Below are positions 9,401-15,043 of a stretch of DNA of 32,000 nt, piece by piece (positions within the stretch are counted from its first letter, which is position 1; the number at the start of each line of letters is the position of its first letter). The notes below the pieces were generated by a model. It saw nothing but the letters and a program-made list of their open reading frames with translations. It was not told the DNA's origin and did no database searches. Source of the stretch: Allobaculum fili (GTDB taxonomy: Bacteria; Bacillota_I; Bacilli_A; Erysipelotrichales; Erysipelotrichaceae); contig NZ_JAHDSX010000001.1 of NCBI RefSeq assembly GCF_020969955.1, positions 150,001-182,000 of the forward strand, read 5' to 3'. A program made the position numbers and the translations under genes.

Positions 9401-9715
9401 CTGATCGATGTGGCCGGTCAGAAAGCGCTCGAAGGCGTTCGCTTTGATCTTTTTGTCGAAAACGCCTCCGATGAACAGGTACGCCGCATGCGCAATGCGG
9501 GTTTCCATGTTCATTTTCACGACCGCATCGTCGCGTGCTGTCTGATCGTGGATCAGGAAATTGTCTGGTACGGCAACGTGTTTTCTTCGCAGGCGGCCTC
9601 TTCCGGCATTGTGCGGATGGTGTCGAGAAAGGATGCCAACGAGCTGCTCGAAGCCAGACGCCGCGAAGAAATCCGGCAGCTCAGTCTCCAGCATGCTCAG
9701 GCTTCCCAGTCCTGA
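6413..9715 (+). CDS. Multidomain protein (1100 aa): disordered Pro-rich N-terminus, AEP (primase-polymerase)-like Cys-cluster domain, SF2 DEAD/DEAH (ResIII-type) helicase, and a C-terminal PLD-like module
   Basis: RBS AAAGGAGAGAAGC precedes the ATG. Helicase motifs: I ILEAATGTGKTV (nt 8186-8209 core), II VVFVDECHH (DECH at 8498-8509), III GLSATPKR, V/VI region GTYASISEGFDF and QSIGRIHRQ. Residues 158-355: YQPCPIRLRPGCPYFQKNAKPECKTC...HLHGQSEIGLSPL...AYACITIES...LSWRIWFLL...LDQTFPRIF...GMALPLPLFG. This resembles AEP-helicase fusions that I recall being labelled as conflict-system (TOTE) AEP in Pfam/NCBI; I have not verified that. Residues 962-1075 form a PLD-like fold candidate (FHVHFHDRIVACCLIVDQEIVWYGNVF). 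Confidence 0.75.
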   Translation: MSSSPLFEQALDELERLQKLLEDHHLPSQIAADLQLEIDQRTKRRKDAAAVSSRTPERTRRAAAPEPPQTHPTRPVSPKPQSEEAFFAQREPQPPVHNEQAVEHKRAAFQPRAEFSKPSDSQTQSETAASRSDEPVESPVKRGKPSVSSPSASPKNPLAYADLLGIAFPSNGETYFVRSQKGFFYQPCPIRLRPGCPYFQKNAKPECKTCTVRPAISLGRREVLNHLHGQSEIGLSPLSQDGHIAYACITIESGQGQKAALEVQRAAKAIGLDVLCEERKEDGVLSWRIWFLLAMPVDASRVSRFLRAFLINGFAKGELRDLRFLDQTFPRIFVKEQPKERGMALPLPLFGWLDEALRKQGRDADRYSILIDEKGEEIADPFAQIQSITRVEPAQMEAQIRECTSRKREELFAGDPKSEPDTMESMRLIAADDDPFVFAPLQESGVIEVIEKGRIWVCADALPASVQNQILAMGSYWNPAYRSQKNKFATGPRIVSLARREAHGPQSGSQNADSENTENKNNTGLGTRWISLPRHLKAPLLYRLSQAGATVDLQDWESEGQSVPMEFNGELRPEQVSLASALYQKGSGILEAATGTGKTVIGAALIAQISRSTLILVNSKEILQGWVSSLNRFLHFSSPEWENWKAPSKNYPGKIGVLQGATRSLSGRVDVAMVPSLVQKENLEELLSGYGVVFVDECHHAGSPSYQKVLDALQAKRVYGLSATPKRTDGLSTSMFWQLGEIAASFSSKDQMASQTFHRLICPRLTPFAGSDAENNDFTRLVQEAASHPLRNEMIVQDIREALDNGRTVLVLTRFIEHAHTLARLLAPGDDTELFVYAGDPKRKQENTRRLRELEDPKVRKDKKVVLIGTYASISEGFDFPLLDTLMLALPIRSQITISQSIGRIHRQTRNKQIAIVYDYADVQNRMLESMYQARLKEYVNQGYQIGEVLDERKGTSSGKVYRTEDYISACVRDIRQAKKRVALCMRAFEDEQLQTLIDVAGQKALEGVRFDLFVENASDEQVRRMRNAGFHVHFHDRIVACCLIVDQEIVWYGNVFSSQAASSGIVRMVSRKDANELLEARRREEIRQLSLQHAQASQS

Positions 9716-9752
9716 GCGTAAAAAGCAGGCGCTCCAAATACGAAAACGCAAC

Positions 9753-9825
9753 AGAAGGGAAGTACGAAAGGCACGTTTGCCGGTCGATTTTGACGGCGTG
9801 ACCTTTGTCTTCCCTTCTTTTTCTT
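9753..9825 (+). terminator. Compound hairpin plus T-run terminator after the helicase gene
   Basis: agaagggaag..aaagg (9753-9771) pairs with cctttgtcttcccttct (9802-9818). An inner cacg...cgtg hairpin sits between the arms. The structure is followed by tttttctt. Confidence 0.5.
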
Positions 9826-9838
9826 GAGCGTACCCGCT

Positions 9839-9847
9839 TGGTATAAT
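9839..9847 (+). promoter_or_regulatory. Extended -10 promoter element (TGgTATAAT) upstream of the UPF0158-GNAT gene
   Basis: The sequence ttggtataat has TATAAT at 9842-9847 preceded by TGn. There is no good -35. It lies ~95 nt upstream of ATG 9944 and immediately after the predicted terminator. Confidence 0.35.
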
Positions 9848-9943
9848 GAAAGCGTCCTGTCCAGAGTCCGAGCACGCAGGCAAGCAAAGAGAAAACCGTG
9901 TTCATAAGAGCCCTGGACAGATTAAGTGGAGGAAATAAAACTA

Positions 9944-10813
9944 ATGGTTATTGATCTTGACGATATTGTGGATGCCATTCAGGGCGGAAGCAATTCGGTT
10001 GAGTATTATCTCAATACCCGTACGGGAGAAATCATCATGCGTGATGATCGTCTTTCCGTAAGAGAGCTCAACGACATCGATGATGAACTCGACAAAGTCT
10101 ACGATTCCATTTTGCTGATCCCGACATCCCGCGATGCGGGCGACATCCGCATGATGCGTGAATTTACGTGGACACTCCCGGACGGTCAGGCCAAGGACGC
10201 GCTGACGACCGCTTTAGGCAACCGCAAAGGCATTTTCCAGCGTTTTCGCAACGCGCTGAACAGTTTCAACCTGCTCAACGACTGGTATGAATACGAAGAC
10301 GACCGCTACATGGAATTTGCACGCAACTGGTGCCGCGACAACGAAGTCGCTTTTGAAGAAGTCCCGAAAATTGTCTATCGCCGTGCGGTGCGCAGCGATG
10401 TGAAAACGATGGTTGAACTGCGCAAGAAAGAACTCGGTCTTGCGCCGGAGGACGATTCGTTCGATTTCGAACTCGACCGCTACTTTGCAGCGCAGATGCG
10501 AAACGGCGCGTTGTATGAAATTTTCGCCTGGTGGAAAAACCGTATCGTCGCGTGCGGCGCCATCGCCTGGGTCTTCACGCCGCCAACACCCGAACTGCCC
10601 GATGGCCGCAATGGCTATCTGTGCAACTTCTGGTGCGATGAAGAAGTAAAGGGAAACGGCTACGAAAAGGAAATTCTTTCCCGTCTGCTCGAAGAGGCAA
10701 AACGCCGCAAGCTGCCGGTTGTCCGCTCCTATGGACTGGATGCAGAACTCGTTGAATCCTTTGGCTTTAAGCCCGAAGACGATGTTCGCAAAGCCGTTCT
10801 GAAACTGAAATAG
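9944..10813 (+). CDS. UPF0158-like N-terminal domain fused to a GNAT N-acetyltransferase domain
   Basis: GGAGG at 9928-9932 lies 11 nt before ATG 9944; the ORF track starts it at GTG 9926. The N-terminus VIDLDDIVDAIQGGSNSVEYYLNTRTGEIIMRDD resembles UPF0158. The C-terminal half has a GNAT motif A-like segment, CDEEVKGNGYEKEILSRLLEEAKRRKL. Confidence 0.65.
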   Translation: MVIDLDDIVDAIQGGSNSVEYYLNTRTGEIIMRDDRLSVRELNDIDDELDKVYDSILLIPTSRDAGDIRMMREFTWTLPDGQAKDALTTALGNRKGIFQRFRNALNSFNLLNDWYEYEDDRYMEFARNWCRDNEVAFEEVPKIVYRRAVRSDVKTMVELRKKELGLAPEDDSFDFELDRYFAAQMRNGALYEIFAWWKNRIVACGAIAWVFTPPTPELPDGRNGYLCNFWCDEEVKGNGYEKEILSRLLEEAKRRKLPVVRSYGLDAELVESFGFKPEDDVRKAVLKLK

Positions 10814-10843
10814 AAACGAGATTTTTAACGATCCATAAAAATA

Positions 10844-10885
10844 AAACGCCGCAGGCGGAAACTGCTGTTTCCGCCTGCGGCGTTT
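10844..10885. terminator. Bidirectional intrinsic terminator between convergent genes
   Basis: A perfect 19-bp stem: aaacgccgcaggcggaaac (10844-10862) pairs with gtttccgcctgcggcgttt (10867-10885) across loop tgct. It has A/T-rich flanks on both sides. Confidence 0.8.
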
Positions 10886-10963
10886 ATCGTTTCAAAAATT
10901 TCGATTCGATCTTCGAGCCGGATTTTTCAGGCCCGGTTTTGCATAGGAATCTTCGGTCTGGGA

Positions 10964-11470
10964 TTATTCGTGAGAGTTGCAGCATCCGCCTTCGTGGTCA
11001 TGATCGTCGCCGTGGCAGCATCCGCCTTCGTGGTCATGATCGTCGCCGTGGCAGCATCCGCCTTCGTGGTCATGATCGTCGCCGTGGCAGCATCCGCCTT
11101 CGTGGTCATGATCGTCGCCGTGGCAGCATCCGCCTTCATGGTCGTGATCGTCACCGTGGCAGCATCCGCCTTCGTGGTCGTGATGGCCGCCGCATCCGCA
11201 TCCGCCGCCTTCGGCTGGCGCGAATACCATCAGTTCGCCGTTCTGCAGATCGACAAAAGCGTCATCGCAGTATTTGGCGGTATCTTCATCCATCAGCACT
11301 TTGATGCCGTTGATTTCCACCGGCTTGTCGCCTTCTTCGTAGCGAACCATCTGGAAAACGGGTGCTGCGGAGCAGCAGGTCTGATGAAGGGTAGCCATCA
11401 GTCCGTCTGCATGGTTTTCTTCCAGCATGGGTTTCAGCACGTTAGCGGCTGCATCTGTAATTGTTAACAT
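10964..11470 (-). CDS. HesB/IscA-like (A-type Fe-S carrier fold) protein with a repetitive Cys/His/Asp/Gly-rich C-terminal metal-binding tail (168 aa)
   Basis: RBS GGAGGCAGAAACAT precedes the ATG. The N-terminal ~90 aa (LTITDAAANVLKPMLEE...TCCSAAP...INGIKVLMDEDTAKY...GGGCGCGG) keeps the three-Cys layout of A-type carriers: one central Cys plus a C-terminal CGC. Residues ~95-168 are six GGCC-containing repeat units (consensus GGCCHGDDHDHE, the last truncated), ending in GGCCNSHE. Confidence 0.7.
   Translation of the reverse strand: MLTITDAAANVLKPMLEENHADGLMATLHQTCCSAAPVFQMVRYEEGDKPVEINGIKVLMDEDTAKYCDDAFVDLQNGELMVFAPAEGGGCGCGGHHDHEGGCCHGDDHDHEGGCCHGDDHDHEGGCCHGDDHDHEGGCCHGDDHDHEGGCCHGDDHDHEGGCCNSHE
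10979..11190. repeat. 36-bp in-frame tandem repeat, about 5.9 copies, inside the HesB-like gene
   Basis: The unit gcagcatccgccttcgtggtcatgatcgtcgccgtg is identical at 10979-11014, 11015-11050, 11051-11086 and 11087-11122. The copy at 11123-11158 has 3 substitutions, and a diverged partial copy follows. Confidence 0.95.
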
Positions 11471-11691
11471 ATGTTTCTGCCTCCATTTCTCCTCTATTTT
11501 AAAAGAGTTTCGGTTCAGGCGCTCGGTTTAGCCCTGTCTGTTTGAAATGTTTATAAGTCATAAAACAGAATGAGTGTCAAGAAATATTATTATGGGAATG
11601 TGGAATATTCTTACGAAATAAGGGGAAATACAGGCAAATGGGGTTCAGAAGGGGGTCTGGACGGTTAAGATGAAGGTGCGAGGTAATCTAT

Positions 11692-12222
11692 ATGAAACTG
11701 ATCACCCTCAGACAGCTTGAAGCACAGGCGCGCACCGGGGACGGAAAAGCCTGTCTGGCCTTGTACCAGGAGTATTCCAACAACACCCGGGATGAAAAAA
11801 CCGCCAGAAAGTGGCTGGATCTCGCTCTCGATTACGATGAGCCGAGAGCCCAGTTTCTCGAAGGCGTGTATTCGATGAAAGTCGGCGAAATTGCGCACGG
11901 CGTACAGTTTTTGAAGCTGGCCGCTTTTAACCGCAATACCGACGCCATGAATGTCCTGGCGATGTACTACCTGGGAAACATTCACGGAATCAGCCATACG
12001 GTCATTGATCTGGAGCTCGGGCTTGATTATCTCTATCAGGCCGCGAACGGCGGATGTCCGGATGCACAGATTGTTCTGGGAAAATGTTTTTATCTCGGAA
12101 AATGGGTAAGCCGCAACAAGTATCTTGCCCGCTACTGGATGGAAAAAGCCGCAAAGGCCAAAAGCCGGCTGGCCGCACGCATGCTCGAAGACATGCAGGC
12201 CGTCAGTGGCGCGCTCAACTGA
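11692..12222 (+). CDS. Sel1-like repeat (SLR/TPR family) protein, 176 aa
   Basis: RBS GAGGT lies 7 nt upstream. Repeated ~36-aa units carry the Sel1 signature, for example AQFLEGVYSMKVGEIAHGVQFLKLAAFNRNTDAMNVLAMYYL and DAQIVLGKCFYLGKWVSRNKYLARYWMEKAAKA. Confidence 0.75.
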   Translation: MKLITLRQLEAQARTGDGKACLALYQEYSNNTRDEKTARKWLDLALDYDEPRAQFLEGVYSMKVGEIAHGVQFLKLAAFNRNTDAMNVLAMYYLGNIHGISHTVIDLELGLDYLYQAANGGCPDAQIVLGKCFYLGKWVSRNKYLARYWMEKAAKAKSRLAARMLEDMQAVSGALN

Positions 12223-12248
12223 AAAAGCAGTGAATACCGTCTGAACCC

Positions 12249-12296
12249 CCGAAAAGCGAGACTTGATTTTTAAGTCGGCTTTTCGGCTTTTGTTTT
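12249..12296 (+). terminator. Intrinsic terminator after the Sel1-repeat gene
   Basis: ccgaaaagcgagactt (12249-12264) pairs with aagtcggcttttcgg (12272-12286) with one bulge. It is followed by cttttgtttt. Confidence 0.7.
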
Positions 12297-12438
12297 GGGA
12301 AAAAGGCGCCGACATAAGGGGATTGAATGTTGTTGAGAGCGCGTTCAGAACGATGGTTCCATACAATCCGCAGACGAAGGTGCAGACGAGAAAAAGGGAC
12401 GGTTCGGACGACTCTTTTCTGGTGCTATACTTCAAACC

Positions 12439-13158
12439 ATGAACGAAAATGAATCGCGCCGTCTTTTTCTGGACGGTATGAAAACTTCGATTCCCATTGC
12501 ACTTGGCTACTTCGCCGTCAGCTGCGCCTACGGCATGGCAGCCATTATACAGGGCATGACTGTAACCGAGGCGGCGATCACTTCGCTGATCAATCTGACG
12601 AGCGCCGGACAGTTTGCGGGAACGACGCTGATCTGCGCGGGCGCCAGCCTTTTTGAGCTCATTCTCACCGAGCTGATCATTAACGCGCGCTACTTTCTGA
12701 TGGCGATTTCGCTGGCGCAAAAATGCGGCGGATCGGTGCCTCTTGGCAAGCGTCTGCTCATGGCGTACGGGATTACCGATGAAATTTACGCGGCGGCCGT
12801 TTCCAAAAAAGGAAAGCTGTCCTTTGTCTGGTTCATGGGGCTGGTCGTCTTGCCGGTCATTGGCTGGACCGCGGGAACGATTGCCGGCGGACTGGCGAGC
12901 AGTCTGCTCCCTCAAAATCTGGTCAACGCGCTGGGACTGGCCATGTATGGCATGTTTATCGCCATTTTTGTACCGGCGGCCCGCAGGGAAAAAGCCGTGG
13001 CGATCTGTGTCCTGCTTTCCATTGCGCTCAGCTGTCTGTTTGCCTGGACGCCAGGTCTGAAAGAACTGTCCAACGGCTATGTGATCGTAATTGTGACCGT
13101 TCTGGCTTCCGCATTCTGTGCCTGGAAATTTCCAAGGAAGGAGGACGAACCGCAATGA
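12439..13158 (+). CDS. azlC: AzlC-family branched-chain amino acid exporter subunit
   Basis: Polytopic protein. The N-terminus FLDGMKTSIPIALGYFAVSCAYGMAA and the segment ELIINARYFLMAISL are typical of AzlC. It overlaps the following azlD by 4 nt (ATGA). An alternative start is the Met of MKTSIPIA. Confidence 0.8.
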   Translation: MNENESRRLFLDGMKTSIPIALGYFAVSCAYGMAAIIQGMTVTEAAITSLINLTSAGQFAGTTLICAGASLFELILTELIINARYFLMAISLAQKCGGSVPLGKRLLMAYGITDEIYAAAVSKKGKLSFVWFMGLVVLPVIGWTAGTIAGGLASSLLPQNLVNALGLAMYGMFIAIFVPAARREKAVAICVLLSIALSCLFAWTPGLKELSNGYVIVIVTVLASAFCAWKFPRKEDEPQ

Positions 13159-13469
13159 GAACGGCCGAGATGTATACCGGCATCGCGGTCATGGCACTGG
13201 TGACGTATGTCATTCGCATGATTCCGATGGCCCTGTTTTCCAGGCCGATTCGATCGCGCTTCTTTCAGTCCTTTCTCTACTACGTACCGTACGCCGTCCT
13301 TTCGGCGATGACCTTTCCCGGCGTTTTTGCGGGTTCGCTTTCGACTGCCGTCTGCTCGATCGGTGTACTGGCCGCAGTCATCAGCGCCTGGTTTGGCGGC
13401 AGCCTGCTTCAGGTGGCCTGCGCCGCAGCGGGCGCAGCCTGGATTGCGGGACTCGTTCCCGGTCTTTAA
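13155..13469 (+). CDS. azlD: AzlD-family small membrane subunit
   Basis: A 104-aa hydrophobic protein (IAVMALVTYVIRMIPMALF...), translationally coupled to azlC through an ATGA overlap. This is the canonical azlCD arrangement. Confidence 0.75.
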   Translation: MRTAEMYTGIAVMALVTYVIRMIPMALFSRPIRSRFFQSFLYYVPYAVLSAMTFPGVFAGSLSTAVCSIGVLAAVISAWFGGSLLQVACAAAGAAWIAGLVPGL

Positions 13470-13557
13470 TAATTCAGCTGGAGAGATCCAGACTGCCGGA
13501 TCTGGATGGAATCGCCTGCAGAAATGGATGCTGAAAAGCGATCGAAATTGAGACAGA

Positions 13558-13640
13558 AAAGGCGAAGGCTTACGCGGCTTCTTCCCTGTGGGAAGAGGCA
13601 TCTGGCGTAAGGTCCTTCGCCTTTATGTGTTTTGTTCTGG
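13558..13640. terminator. Long compound hairpin acting as a bidirectional terminator between convergent genes
   Basis: aaggcgaagg(c)ttacgc pairs with gcgtaagg(t)ccttcgcctt, with an inner hairpin cttcttccc/gggaagagg. It is followed by tttatgtgttttgtt on the plus strand and preceded by an A-rich run. Confidence 0.65.
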
Positions 13641-13667
13641 GCTGTTCTGGAGAATATTTTGAAGTTC

Positions 13668-14759
13668 TTACTGGTTTTGCGCCCGGTTCATGGTGCGCTT
13701 CTGCGTCTCGGGAAGGAAATGGACCATGATGAAGCGGTCATACAGCCAGTAAAACAGCATCGCGAACAGAACGCCGGCAATCGTCAGTCCAATGCGCAGA
13801 ATGACCGCGTCTTTCAGACCGTACAGTCCGGCCGCCAGCGACAGGGCACCAAAGCAGTTGAGCATCGTCTTGTGCCGGTATTCTGAACACAGGCCCAGAC
13901 ACAGACCGCCGACCGGACCGAGCAGCGGATACAGCTGGGGCGGAAGAATTTTATAGACGACATAAAACAGCAGGGAACCGGCGATGACGCCAAGAATCCG
14001 GTCGCGCTTCTTTTCGTGAATGCGGTTTTCAATCTGCGCATCCGAAAGCAGGGAGCCGCACGCAAAGCCGGCCCACATGTAGCGCGGAACGACAAAGAGC
14101 GAAAAGATTGTCAGAAGCAGGCTGACACCCAGCGTCAGACGCAGCTGCCACTGGCACTTGTAGTTGTACAAAGTGAATTCATGAAAGACCATGCCAAGCG
14201 TCCGGTCCGGATTGGCGTTTCGATGATTGCGCCACAGCACGATTGCACAAAGGACATAGCCCACAACCGTCATTTCCAGACGGCCGATCAGATCTTGTCC
14301 ATACACCGGATTGCCGCAAAGAAAAATGTAGGCAAAGGAATACAGGCCGCCGTTTCCAAGCGACGGATTTTCGCACGTCAGGGCGATGATCAGAAGCAGG
14401 GCGCAAAAATGAATGACAAACGTCAGCAGAGGACTGGGGCGGAGCGAAGCGAGAATCGGCGCGCCAAAAAGCAGGGCGAACGCGACAAACATCGCAAACA
14501 GGGAATCCTTGATCCGGTAGCCGAAGCCGACAAACCGGCTCGCCAGTAAAATGCAGAAAATGGAGACCGCCATGGAACTGTTGGCCGAACCGAAGAGTGC
14601 CGTCATAAGACCGATAAAGGCGATCGCAAAGACAACGATCAGAAGCGAACGGACAAACATAGCCAGACGCCATCGGCGCTTCTCTTCGGGCGCGTCCGTT
14701 TTCGCGATCATGGCGCGGATCGCGGCCGGATTATATTGAATCATCTGATAAAAGGTCAT
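13668..14759 (-). CDS. Polytopic integral membrane protein (363 aa), possibly FUSC/aromatic-acid-exporter-like
   Basis: RBS AAGGAGG lies 5 nt before ATG 14759. I count about 9-10 hydrophobic segments. The family call is weak and comes only from overall resemblance. Confidence 0.6.
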   Translation of the reverse strand: MTFYQMIQYNPAAIRAMIAKTDAPEEKRRWRLAMFVRSLLIVVFAIAFIGLMTALFGSANSSMAVSIFCILLASRFVGFGYRIKDSLFAMFVAFALLFGAPILASLRPSPLLTFVIHFCALLLIIALTCENPSLGNGGLYSFAYIFLCGNPVYGQDLIGRLEMTVVGYVLCAIVLWRNHRNANPDRTLGMVFHEFTLYNYKCQWQLRLTLGVSLLLTIFSLFVVPRYMWAGFACGSLLSDAQIENRIHEKKRDRILGVIAGSLLFYVVYKILPPQLYPLLGPVGGLCLGLCSEYRHKTMLNCFGALSLAAGLYGLKDAVILRIGLTIAGVLFAMLFYWLYDRFIMVHFLPETQKRTMNRAQNQ

Positions 14760-14989
14760 GGAAGCCTCCTTTTCTCAAAAGGGCATCGAGAACGTTCCAG
14801 AAGGCAGCCATTGAATACACGTTGAATACAAAGGTATGGAATCGGTATGAAAAGAATGTACATTCTCGATACGTTCATCGTTCCGTTTCATTGTAAAACC
14901 ACGGTAATAAAAATCGAAAAGGGATACCCGAACGAGAATGGACGGCGTAAAAGGGGGCGAGTGGAAACGGGTCAAATCGGGCTTGGTCA

Positions 14990-15017
14990 TTCCAATCGAC
15001 AGCCCTCCCCGTATAAT
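14990..15017 (+). promoter_or_regulatory. Candidate promoter for the MFS gene: perfect TATAAT with a weak -35
   Basis: TATAAT is at 15012-15017 and TTCCAA at 14990-14995, with a 16-nt spacer. It lies 27 nt upstream of ATG 15044, and the RBS GGAGG/AAGGAG sits between them. Confidence 0.35.
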
Positions 15018-15043
15018 GGAGGAAACAAAAGGAGCTTTTATTT

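Noticed and set aside
10979-11190. A regular 36-bp repeat array that could be mistaken for a CRISPR array
   Set aside because: The units are directly abutting with no spacers, are in frame, and encode the GGCCHGDDHDHE peptide repeat inside a gene with a good RBS and a stop codon.
11665-13155. A 496-aa ORF on the minus strand, one of the longest in the track
   Set aside because: It runs antisense through the Sel1-repeat gene, a terminator, an intergenic region and azlC. Its translation is Arg/Gly/Gln/Pro-rich low complexity with no motifs. The plus strand carries recognisable proteins with RBSs. This is a typical shadow ORF in GC-rich DNA.
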